This document shows positions 17,915 through 26,822 of a stretch of 64,000 nucleotides of DNA, one piece after another; within the stretch, counting starts at the first letter, position 1, and every line of letters starts with the position of its first letter. Position numbers and translations under genes: made by a program. Source of the DNA: a virus. The stretch is from positions 1 to 64,000 of IMG/VR virus record IMGVR_UViG_3300025705_000005; one strand, 5' to 3'. The notes under the pieces were generated by a model, which worked only from the letters and a program-made list of their open reading frames with translations, had not been told where the DNA came from and did not search any database.

Positions 17915-20152
17915 TTATCCTATTTTCTTTAGTGAGTGTGTTTGTGTTGCCAACCAATATTTGTCTGGTAATCCAGCCATCTTAGATGCTTTCTTAATAG
18001 CTTCAACTGTATTTCTTGCTTTTACTTTATATACATTCTTCTTAGATAGTTTAACACCACCAAGATTCATATCAGCAAAACTCATTTCCCAAGTTGCAAA
18101 TCCACCTTCGTTGATTTCTTCTTCTTCTACTTCTTCGGATTCGTTTACTTTTTTATTACTAACTGAAGCTAACATATCTTTTGCTGATACTTTCATCTTC
18201 ATTAATTTAGATGATGGTAGTTCACCAAATCCAAATGACTCGTTTAACATAGAAGTAAGTTTCATTGATTTAGATTCGTTTGAAAATTCTTTTGCGTTTT
18301 CTTTATCATCCTTATCAACTGATTTTACAGGATACGTTTTACCATCTACAGAAAATTCACTATCACCATTTGCGATTGCTTTAGCTCTAGCGGCACCGAA
18401 TTCATTTCCTTCTTCAACCGTTTCTTCTTCATCATGCGATTCATTGATTTCGTAATACTTTCCTAACACTTCACCTATTTCATCATAAGTAGATTCTAAT
18501 CTCTGTTGTAGTGTTCCAACTTCTCTCAAAGTTTTCTCAAATATTCTAAATGATTCATTCATTCTCTTTACGTGTCTACTAACTGTAATACCATCAAATG
18601 AACCTTCAGTTTCTTTAACCATATTTTTACCAGCTGATTCTACTAACCCTCTGATTGATTCGTACACATCAGATAATCCTTCGTTTCTATATACAGTTTC
18701 ACCAAACGATTTGTATGCTTTAACTGCTTCTAAAAATGCTTGCTTTTGTTCCGTAGTCATTTCTGAAGATTCTTCTCTTCTCTCTTCATCGTTTTCTTTA
18801 ACGAATGGAGTGTGGAATGGGTTTGAATAAACTTTACCGTTTTCAAACGATTCTTTTAATATATCTTTTAGTTTCATAGTTCCCTCTTTTGTTATTTCCA
18901 TCATCTTCTTAGCCTCAGCTTCGATTTGTTTCTTAATGTTAGATGGTACTTTTTTATCGTAATATTTTATTTTTCCTTTTGAATCAATGTGAGCTACATT
19001 TTTGTAATCACCATTTTCTTCTTCGGCTTTATTGTAAACAGTCAATCCGTTTCCTTTACGAGCCATTCCAATATCGTACTTAGCTTCGTTCATTACTGAT
19101 TCGCTCATACTTAATATTGCTTTTTTCTTTTTCAACATTAGTTTAAGAAATAACTCTACCAATTTACCATTCTTATCATCAGTCATACGGTGTGGTCTAC
19201 CAACAAAATCTTGTCCGATACCATCCATCTTACCTGAACGTTGAAATTTAATCATACCTGATTGTGATTTAATTGCAAAGTCACCCATACCTAAATGTAC
19301 AAGCTCTGAATTTGGTAATACACCTTTACTATAGTTTACAAAGTTACTATCTACTATTGTTTGGTTTCCAACTCTTTCGTAGTGACCTACATCCTTACCT
19401 TCATTTACTACTGATTCATCAACTGCTGGTTTAATAAACATTAATCCAACTTTTGATTTAGGTACTTTTAATTTTTTGATTGCTAATAGTTTTGCGTTGT
19501 AAAGGTCTTTAGCTTCACCTTTTTTAATTTCAATTTTCTTACCATTGTATCCAGCAATCCATCCTGCAAACGTTGATTCGTTTACTGATTCGTTCTTTGT
19601 ATCTGAATACAAATCTTTAACCCACTCCATTGATTCTTTATTTGGCTTAACCTGCTTACCATACTTTTTGAAGAATTTTTTAATAAACTCTTCTTCAGTT
19701 GATGATGACTTAATTGTAAGGTGTATATCACTCATCACACCCTCTTTAAGTCCCTCAGGAACACAATTAGGAACATCTTTACCATTCTTCTTCTTCATAC
19801 CTACCATTTGGTAGTTCTTCCAACAGGGGTTATCATCTTCATTTACATTATCTCTCATTGCTTTTGATAAATCGCTGATGTACTTTAGTTCTTCTTTAGC
19901 ACCTTTGTGTTTAGCGTATCTATCTAAACCAAACGACATCATAATACCTAATGATAAATGTAATCTAGCTTTTGCTGCTTTTGGATACTTTCTACCATAA
20001 GGAGATGAGTTAAACCAATCAATCATAGCTTGTGCCATTTCTTTTGATAGTTTGATTCCCTCTACTCTATCAGTATTTCCTTTTACAATCTGTTTTAGTC
20101 CACCGATTGCTGAGATTTCGTTAAGTGAGTTTTTTATATCTGTTAATTTCAT
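17915..20152 (-). CDS. Multi-module putative head-internal polyprotein
   Basis: Likely start MKLTDIKNSLNE at 20152; >10 segments delimited by (I/L/V/M)-(N/K)-E; includes a CWKNYQMVGMKKKNGKDVPNCVP module; directly downstream of the prohead protease. Confidence 0.7.
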   Translation of the reverse strand: MKLTDIKNSLNEISAIGGLKQIVKGNTDRVEGIKLSKEMAQAMIDWFNSSPYGRKYPKAAKARLHLSLGIMMSFGLDRYAKHKGAKEELKYISDLSKAMRDNVNEDDNPCWKNYQMVGMKKKNGKDVPNCVPEGLKEGVMSDIHLTIKSSSTEEEFIKKFFKKYGKQVKPNKESMEWVKDLYSDTKNESVNESTFAGWIAGYNGKKIEIKKGEAKDLYNAKLLAIKKLKVPKSKVGLMFIKPAVDESVVNEGKDVGHYERVGNQTIVDSNFVNYSKGVLPNSELVHLGMGDFAIKSQSGMIKFQRSGKMDGIGQDFVGRPHRMTDDKNGKLVELFLKLMLKKKKAILSMSESVMNEAKYDIGMARKGNGLTVYNKAEEENGDYKNVAHIDSKGKIKYYDKKVPSNIKKQIEAEAKKMMEITKEGTMKLKDILKESFENGKVYSNPFHTPFVKENDEERREESSEMTTEQKQAFLEAVKAYKSFGETVYRNEGLSDVYESIRGLVESAGKNMVKETEGSFDGITVSRHVKRMNESFRIFEKTLREVGTLQQRLESTYDEIGEVLGKYYEINESHDEEETVEEGNEFGAARAKAIANGDSEFSVDGKTYPVKSVDKDDKENAKEFSNESKSMKLTSMLNESFGFGELPSSKLMKMKVSAKDMLASVSNKKVNESEEVEEEEINEGGFATWEMSFADMNLGGVKLSKKNVYKVKARNTVEAIKKASKMAGLPDKYWLATQTHSLKKIG

Positions 20153-20162
20153 ATTATTTCCC

Positions 20163-20780
20163 TTAGATTGAACAAACACCATCTATTTCACAGATGATAT
20201 CTCTTACCAATGTATTAATTTTTTTATATGAAGGTTTTTTACCCTTACTTACTACTGATTCATTTACAGGTCTCATAAATGCACCATGTGTTGATGGGTT
20301 TGAAACAAAATCCCAACAAATTAAATCAAAATCATCTTCTACAGTTACAGTTTTACCATTACTAGCTTCTTTTACAGAACCCATACCTCTTGAAGAGATA
20401 CCAACAGTACAACCTGCCTCTAAAAGTTCTTTGAGGATGTTGCCTGCTGGAGTTTTAAGTACTTCTACCTTACCCATTACATCATCACCCTTCCAATATA
20501 CTTCTCTGATGATATGTGAAGTATTTTTTAGTTCAACTACAGAAGATTCAGGATGGTCTAACTCACCAAATGCTCTATTTTCTTTAATTTCTCTACCTTT
20601 GTACTTTTCCACTTCTCTTTCTAAGATTGAACGTGGATAAACTCTACCATTTTGGTTTTCAGCTTCAGCTCTTTGTAGCACACCATTAACAATCAACCTA
20701 CCATTGTTATCTTCCAATGATTCATTGATTTGCCTCTTAGTTAGAGTAAAAGGAATTGTATCTATAAGTAATCTACCCAT
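20163..20780 (-). CDS. Prohead core protein protease (gp21-like)
   Basis: NQNGRVYP, GELDHP (His), GISSRGMGS (Ser) and DFVSNPS. Likely start ATG 20780, in TAATG overlap with the upstream small ORF. Confidence 0.95.
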   Translation of the reverse strand: MGRLLIDTIPFTLTKRQINESLEDNNGRLIVNGVLQRAEAENQNGRVYPRSILEREVEKYKGREIKENRAFGELDHPESSVVELKNTSHIIREVYWKGDDVMGKVEVLKTPAGNILKELLEAGCTVGISSRGMGSVKEASNGKTVTVEDDFDLICWDFVSNPSTHGAFMRPVNESVVSKGKKPSYKKINTLVRDIICEIDGVCSI

Positions 20781-20914
20781 TATGCTCCCCACACTTTTCG
20801 TTTTCTATATAAATCAAACATGATTTGTGCTACTTCATATCTTATAAGTAGACGAATATTCTCCAAATCCTTATTTGAAAGTTCTTCTTTTAATATTTTC
20901 TTTTTTAAACTCAT
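20780..20914 (-). CDS. 44-aa small protein (below the ORF-track cut-off)
   Basis: MSLKKKILKEELSNKDLENIRLLIRYEVAQIMFDLYRKRKVWGA*. ATGA overlap with the upstream gene and TAATG overlap with the protease fill the gap exactly. Confidence 0.75.
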   Translation of the reverse strand: MSLKKKILKEELSNKDLENIRLLIRYEVAQIMFDLYRKRKVWGA

Positions 20915-21399
20915 GATGAAAGTTCTTTTAAGCTTCTAGCCACTTTTAACATACGTTCTGATATCTTAGAGAATCTTCTTTGAGTCGATTCCCAATACTG
21001 ACCATTATGAACACCTGCTTCAGTTTTCAATTTAGTGTTTTGATTAACGATTCTCTCTAACTTAAACATCATACTATTGATTTCTTTAATAGAATGGTTA
21101 ATTTTCTGATGTTGTTTTAGGTTCTCATCTTTCTTATACTCTTTATAAGAAATTTCGTTAATTTTATTTTCTAACTTACGTTCTAATGATTCTAATTTTT
21201 TTGAGTTCATCTTTGATTCCTTTGTTTTCTTATAACCTAACACCTCAATGTGGTCATCATCCAACTCATCCTCTTCTTTACTCTTAGAAAACGCATGTGG
21301 AGTTTTTACAGGGCCTTCACCACCATCTAAATTAGCAGTTACGTTAGCTTCTTCTATTTCTTCAAACTTATTTTCAATTTCTTTTAGTAAACTTTTCAT
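20911..21399 (-). CDS. Head-module protein (possible prohead core component)
   Basis: 162 aa, coupled on both sides; LLKE, IEE/A and INE sites. Confidence 0.6.
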   Translation of the reverse strand: MKSLLKEIENKFEEIEEANVTANLDGGEGPVKTPHAFSKSKEEDELDDDHIEVLGYKKTKESKMNSKKLESLERKLENKINEISYKEYKKDENLKQHQKINHSIKEINSMMFKLERIVNQNTKLKTEAGVHNGQYWESTQRRFSKISERMLKVARSLKELSS

Positions 21400-22244
21400 T
21401 TGAATACCCTTTTTAGTTCGTTATGAAGTTCTGTATATCTTAGTAATGATAAAATCTGAGCTTCTGTAATTACTTTAGCTATCTTTACTTTGGATATTAG
21501 TTTTACAACTTCGTTTACTTTAATCTGAGTAACCTTATCTGTAACTTTAACTGCTTTAATGCTTTTTGATAAAGAATTACATTCTCTTACTACAAACTTT
21601 TTCAGTTTTTCAGAATTATCTACAGAGTTAATATACTCTCTAAGGATATCTTGCTGTTTATCAGTTAATGTAGTATATTTGTTGTTGAAATTTTCAACTA
21701 ACATCTTCCAAGCAAGTAATCTTACTTCTTTTGGTTGTTTTGAATACTCTTCATTAATAGTACTAACTACTACATCAGTAGGTTGTGAGTTGCCTGTTAA
21801 AGATTCCATTAATGTAGATTTACATTCTACATATTCTTTTGGATTATCTGAATTGCTATGTTCAAACAATTTATATATAGATGCATTCTCTTTATAGTTA
21901 GATACTCTATAGTTAAAGAAATCTTCTAATACAAAGTTTTTCTTTATTGCTTTAATCAGATTGTATTTTTGTTTATTAAGAGCCGATTCACTTAATTTAG
22001 CTCGTTCGCTTAAAATAATGTTTACAAATTCAGAAGCTTTGTAGTCTGAACTGAATGATTCTTCTATCAACGCTTTATACAGTCTAAGCTCTTTAGCTAA
22101 CTCAGTACTTTTACCAAAATGCTCTCTTATAGTATAAGTAGCTTTAGAATCTCTGTTGTTTAAAGTATCAGTACTTATCTGTCGCACTAATAATTCAAAT
22201 AGAATTCCTGTGTTTTTGTACTTACTATGTTTTAATTTTTTCAT
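21396..22244 (-). CDS. Helical head-module protein downstream of portal
   Basis: Likely start MKKLKHSKYKNTGILFELL with GAGGA SD; lies between portal and protease like T4 core genes. Confidence 0.6.
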   Translation of the reverse strand: MKKLKHSKYKNTGILFELLVRQISTDTLNNRDSKATYTIREHFGKSTELAKELRLYKALIEESFSSDYKASEFVNIILSERAKLSESALNKQKYNLIKAIKKNFVLEDFFNYRVSNYKENASIYKLFEHSNSDNPKEYVECKSTLMESLTGNSQPTDVVVSTINEEYSKQPKEVRLLAWKMLVENFNNKYTTLTDKQQDILREYINSVDNSEKLKKFVVRECNSLSKSIKAVKVTDKVTQIKVNEVVKLISKVKIAKVITEAQILSLLRYTELHNELKRVFK

Positions 22245-22288
22245 TGTGTTCCTCATCGTTTTGGATAAAAGTAACTATGTATTTTGTT

Positions 22289-22296
22289 TATAAATA
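22289..22296 (-). promoter_or_regulatory. TATTTATA putative late-promoter element
   Basis: Recurrent intergenic octamer. Confidence 0.55.
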
Positions 22297-22304
22297 TAAT
22301 AATT

Positions 22305-24182
22305 TTAAGAATCCAATATGTTTTTTTCATCTAATAATGGTGATGGTGTCTCATTTGTATCAGTTTTTAAAGATTCACGCAACATTTCCTTTGTTTTTAC
22401 TTTAGATTTCATACGTGATACTATCCCTGTAATTTGTTCTTGATTGATAACTGAAGTAGCATTGTATCGTTCATTCTTAGATAAAGATTTGTTACCTAAT
22501 GGGTCTCTACCAAATGGATTTTCATCCGTACCATAGTTACCACCTTCTTTAGGTCTACCTGCTCCATCAAATCCACCTTCTGGCGCCCCACCTTTGTTTT
22601 CACCAAATGGGTCGTTTCCACTATCACCACCACCTTCATCACCACCTTGTTGTAATGTTGCTAAATCATGTGGAGTACCAAATGATTCACCAGTCTTAAC
22701 CGGGTCATTACCTTCTGATTCAATTTGTTCATGTCTGAATCCTAATTTTAAATCATTGATAACTTTGAATTGCTCTTCTTTCCACTCATCTTCACTCATA
22801 TTGAATATATTCTTATAAACCCAATCTTGCGATACCATTTTTAAATCTTTTATATCGCTAGCCAATGAAATCTTTTCAGACCAAAGGTTTGCTTTCTCTT
22901 GCTCATATATAATAGATGGATTGGTAAGTTCTAATTCGAAGTTTACTAATTGGTCATCTGTATATCCTTGCGAATATAAATGTACAATTGCAATCTTAGT
23001 TAATTCTGAAAGTACAATCTTTTGGATTCTTTCTACAGAACGTGCAAATCTAATATCTTCTTGTGCTAATGTAGCTTTTCCTTCTACACCTTCTTCATAC
23101 CCAATAAATGCTTTCGGAACTTTAAGTGCAGCTAACATTCTGTTTCTTAGGTATTCAATATCATCAATACCACCAAACTCCATTCCACTTAGGGAATCAA
23201 TCTCAGTACCACTCTGCCCACCTCTTACAGGTAGATAGTAATCTTCCATCATATTCTGCATATTGAATTTAAGATTGTAATCACCAGTAGTTTCATCGAT
23301 ATAAGGAACTTTTTTCATCTGGTCTATAATAGATGCCATATATGTATCTACTTCTGCAGGTGGAATGTTTCCAATATCAATTTTAAAGATTCTCTTTTCA
23401 GGTGCTCTCATAATTCTATGAATCATCATAGCATCTTCCATAAGAGTTAATTGTTTCCAAGTCTTTCTTGCACCTTCTAATAGTGAACGGCCATAAGGAA
23501 GGAAGTTTGTATCTGTTAATAATCTAAAGTGAGCCACCTGAAACGATTCTAAGAACTTAGTATTGTTTCTTTGTGAAATGGCGTTTGTATTTTGTTCTTC
23601 TACTTCAAATCTTACTGAGTAAGGATTATCTAAATCATATCCTTCTTCTCTACGAGTTTCATAACAAGATAATGGTTGTGCATTTACAACACCTAACTCA
23701 TCATCAATATCTAAGTAAAGATAATAATCACCATATTTGTTCATACCTCTAACCCAAGACCAAAGATTGAACTCAATGTTCAATACATCGTAGAATAAGT
23801 TATGTAATGTTTTCTTTAATTTTTCATCATTAGATTTAATACGGATTACATCACCCATATCATTTTTTAACGTACATTCATCTGAGTATATATCTAAAAT
23901 AGATGAGATAATAGAATCCTTATCCATTGCCTCATAATCTGTATATAGTTCTAACTTATTTGAATGATAATTAAATCTTTCGTTGTATGTTTGCCAATTC
24001 TTTCTTGAGTTAGAACCATGCAATCTACCATACCTATCATAATACGCAGAACCTCTACGATTACCATCAGATTGTAGTCTTGATGAATCTACTACCTTTA
24101 ACTTATCTTTACCAACTCTTCTTACAACTACTTGAGTTGAGAATAATCTCTTTAATCTACCAAATAATGATGTATCTGCCAT
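22305..24182 (-). CDS. T4-like portal protein (gp20)
   Basis: QLTLMEDAMMIHRIMRAPEKRIFKIDIGN, MEDYYLPVRGG, GTEIDSLSG, DDIEYL..ALKVP. Confidence 0.95.
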   Translation of the reverse strand: MADTSLFGRLKRLFSTQVVVRRVGKDKLKVVDSSRLQSDGNRRGSAYYDRYGRLHGSNSRKNWQTYNERFNYHSNKLELYTDYEAMDKDSIISSILDIYSDECTLKNDMGDVIRIKSNDEKLKKTLHNLFYDVLNIEFNLWSWVRGMNKYGDYYLYLDIDDELGVVNAQPLSCYETRREEGYDLDNPYSVRFEVEEQNTNAISQRNNTKFLESFQVAHFRLLTDTNFLPYGRSLLEGARKTWKQLTLMEDAMMIHRIMRAPEKRIFKIDIGNIPPAEVDTYMASIIDQMKKVPYIDETTGDYNLKFNMQNMMEDYYLPVRGGQSGTEIDSLSGMEFGGIDDIEYLRNRMLAALKVPKAFIGYEEGVEGKATLAQEDIRFARSVERIQKIVLSELTKIAIVHLYSQGYTDDQLVNFELELTNPSIIYEQEKANLWSEKISLASDIKDLKMVSQDWVYKNIFNMSEDEWKEEQFKVINDLKLGFRHEQIESEGNDPVKTGESFGTPHDLATLQQGGDEGGGDSGNDPFGENKGGAPEGGFDGAGRPKEGGNYGTDENPFGRDPLGNKSLSKNERYNATSVINQEQITGIVSRMKSKVKTKEMLRESLKTDTNETPSPLLDEKNILDS

Positions 24183-24213
24183 AATGCTTTTTCTTTAATT
24201 ATCACTTATAATA

Positions 24214-24221
24214 TATAAATA
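24214..24221 (-). promoter_or_regulatory. TATTTATA putative late-promoter element
   Basis: Recurrent intergenic octamer before portal. Confidence 0.55.
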
Positions 24222-24249
24222 TACAAAAAATATTTTTAATAACCTAATT

Positions 24250-25821
24250 TTATAGTAACCAACTTATATCTTCATCACCTTTACCAGTTTTAACCTTCCA
24301 AGAATCCGTTGCTTTACCTTGGTTTGTTTTAAAAACACCTGAGTGTTTGGTAGTATGGTTTAATGCCCTTCTAGTTAATTCAATTCCTTGCTGTCTAAGT
24401 TTAAGTGCGGTATCTCTTACCCATAACCCTGTACAAAATGATATTGTTAAATCATCATTATATCCAGATTGAGCTTCTGCTCTACTTCCATTCCATATAA
24501 AAGTAAAAAGTTCATCAATTAATCTTTTGGAACGGATGATTGGAACTCTTTCTCTCATATAAGTATCTAATTTTGATATAACTAATGGGCGTGTTCTACT
24601 AGTCATTGAAAACCCTGGAACCATTTGGGATTTATCTTTTAAATCATATCCCTTTTGTAAATGTATATCTTCATCTACATATCCAAATTCTTTAAAAGAA
24701 TAATATAGATTAGAATAATTTCTATCTATTGCTTCTTGAATAACTGCCCAACCAATATTAGCGTTTTCAATCACTAATAATGCATCGTTCCATTCGGTTG
24801 CAACGTTTACTAACATATTACCATAATCTTTAGTACCAATCTTACCTTTGTACTCAGCAACCTGCTCTACACTCTCTACATCAATGACGTGGAATGCTGA
24901 ATAATCTGCTCCATCACCTCTAGCGACATCGGCAACTACTACATAATCTTTAGTATAATTTGGTTGTGACCATAACCAATAGTTTCCATCGAACCCTCTT
25001 TTTTCAACTGGTTCTTGTACATGAGTTTCTTCATACCATTTTAGGAGCTGCCCATCTACAACTGTATAACCAGAACTGATAAAATCACAATCACATTCCT
25101 GTGCTGCCATCTTCTCACCTAATAGTTGAGTTTGTTCTACTCTCCAAGATTCATTTCTTTCAGGGTGTACAGTCCAATGAAGTTTGATTGGATTCCAACC
25201 ATCATTCTGTTCACCTTTTAACCAAGTTTTGTGAAAGAAGTTACCAACACCATTGGGAGTTGATAATACAATTGCCTTACCACCAGTTGAAAGAGTAGAT
25301 TGAGCGGATGCCCAAATCTCATCTACACTTTTAATAAATGCAGCTTCATCTATAATCAACATTGATAATGCTTCTGAACGACCTGCATCACCACTAGCTG
25401 ATGTTGCTTTGATTGTTGAACCATTTCGTAATCGTAAGGATAGTTTGTTATCTTCTTCAGTTTCACCTCTTAGCCAACTCGGTAAGTTCTCATGCATATA
25501 CCTAACCTTAGTAACTAAGTTTTTAGCTACCTCTTGTTTAGTTGCAATTACCAATATGTTTTTATCTTCGTGAAATAACATCATCCATAAAGAATAACCT
25601 GCGGATAATGTTGAGATACCTAACTGACGTGATTTAAGGATTACATTGTATCGGTGGTCGTTAAACTCACCCATAACATCTTCTTGGAAAGGATACAAAT
25701 CAAAAAGAATCTTACCTCTCTTTGGGTGTTGTATATAACAATACTTCTTAAAGAAGTAAACTGGGTCTGTAGCACATTTAACGTACTCTTCCCTAATAAG
25801 TTCTTTTATGTTCTTGCTCAT
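24250..25821 (-). CDS. Terminase large subunit (gp17-like)
   Basis: LYPFQ adenine motif, KSRQLGIST Walker A variant, IIDEAAF Walker B, STPNG, nuclease ADVARG...DYSA and NDDL. Likely start ATG 25821 (ATGA overlap). Confidence 0.95.
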   Translation of the reverse strand: MSKNIKELIREEYVKCATDPVYFFKKYCYIQHPKRGKILFDLYPFQEDVMGEFNDHRYNVILKSRQLGISTLSAGYSLWMMLFHEDKNILVIATKQEVAKNLVTKVRYMHENLPSWLRGETEEDNKLSLRLRNGSTIKATSASGDAGRSEALSMLIIDEAAFIKSVDEIWASAQSTLSTGGKAIVLSTPNGVGNFFHKTWLKGEQNDGWNPIKLHWTVHPERNESWRVEQTQLLGEKMAAQECDCDFISSGYTVVDGQLLKWYEETHVQEPVEKRGFDGNYWLWSQPNYTKDYVVVADVARGDGADYSAFHVIDVESVEQVAEYKGKIGTKDYGNMLVNVATEWNDALLVIENANIGWAVIQEAIDRNYSNLYYSFKEFGYVDEDIHLQKGYDLKDKSQMVPGFSMTSRTRPLVISKLDTYMRERVPIIRSKRLIDELFTFIWNGSRAEAQSGYNDDLTISFCTGLWVRDTALKLRQQGIELTRRALNHTTKHSGVFKTNQGKATDSWKVKTGKGDEDISWLL

Positions 25822-26417
25822 TTCTTTCCCAATTTCCAAAGAAACTGAGTAGATATGATTGGTTGGAATTGGTCATTTAATCCAATACCCAATCCAAATG
25901 CCTGCTTCTTCTTTGTTCTAAGTAATATAGAACCACCAACATAATTAAATTGCTTAGTTGTTCCATTCAAACCAAATCCTACATAGAATTCGTTTTTATT
26001 AATATACTTTGTTTCAGTTACAGTAGTTGTTGGGTAGATTAAATCGTAGATTATTTTTCTTGATAAAATTTTGTTCTGTGAGATAGTATCTTTAATTGTT
26101 AAATTCAATGAATCTAATTGTTGAAAGTCCTCATAAACATATTTTGCGAAGTAATCCTCTAAAATAGATAGAGTATCAATTTTCTGAGTTAACCTAATGG
26201 TATCAATCTCAGTTTTGATTCTGGTAACTATTTTAGGAACGTATTTTGTAACTTCTTTAGTAATGGTGTCGTATTTCGTTTCTACCTTTGTGATAATAGT
26301 AGGCTCGGATGGAGTATTATCTACTCCACCTGTACCACTGCATTGTCTTAGAAAAATTATTACTATAATTAATACTAAGATTATCAGATTCTTAAAATTT
26401 CCGATATACTTTTCCAT
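25818..26417 (-). CDS. Membrane-anchored protein, possible spanin/lysis accessory
   Basis: N-terminal hydrophobic helix ending LRQC, extended DT(I/L) stalk, and C-terminal amphipathic beta-strands ending FLWKL. Confidence 0.45.
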   Translation of the reverse strand: MEKYIGNFKNLIILVLIIVIIFLRQCSGTGGVDNTPSEPTIITKVETKYDTITKEVTKYVPKIVTRIKTEIDTIRLTQKIDTLSILEDYFAKYVYEDFQQLDSLNLTIKDTISQNKILSRKIIYDLIYPTTTVTETKYINKNEFYVGFGLNGTTKQFNYVGGSILLRTKKKQAFGLGIGLNDQFQPIISTQFLWKLGKK

Positions 26418-26426
26418 TTGCTACGC

Positions 26427-26759
26427 TTATTTTTTAGTAGCAGGTTTTCTTTTTTTGTTTGCTGGCTTTCTACCTTTTCGGTTTCCACCCTTTGCAGCTT
26501 CTACAACATCTTTAGATTGTTTAGCTAAGTTTTTACCAGCTTCTTTAACGTCTTTAAGTTCTTCTTTAACTCTCTTAACTCTACGTTTAACTTCTGATTT
26601 TACTTCTGCTACTTCTTCTTTGATATCTTCTACTGTATCCTCTACTACATCAGGAATAAAATCTCCATCTCTATCTTTGATTTTTCCAGTGTATAGTAAA
26701 ACTGCGTATGTTGCTGCTATAACTGCTACAATTCCTACGATAATTAATAATGTACTCAT
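26427..26759 (-). CDS. Single-TM membrane protein with DxDGDxxPD motif and basic tail
   Basis: N-terminal TM helix, DRDGDFIPD, coiled coil and Lys-rich C-terminus. Confidence 0.55.
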   Translation of the reverse strand: MSTLLIIVGIVAVIAATYAVLLYTGKIKDRDGDFIPDVVEDTVEDIKEEVAEVKSEVKRRVKRVKEELKDVKEAGKNLAKQSKDVVEAAKGGNRKGRKPANKKRKPATKK

Positions 26760-26790
26760 AATTTGCCTTTTTAGATTAAACTTCTTATAC

Positions 26791-26798
26791 TATAAATA
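26791..26798 (-). promoter_or_regulatory. TATTTATA putative late-promoter element
   Basis: Recurrent intergenic octamer. Confidence 0.55.
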
Positions 26799-26822
26799 TG
26801 GTAATATATTTAATAAACCTAT

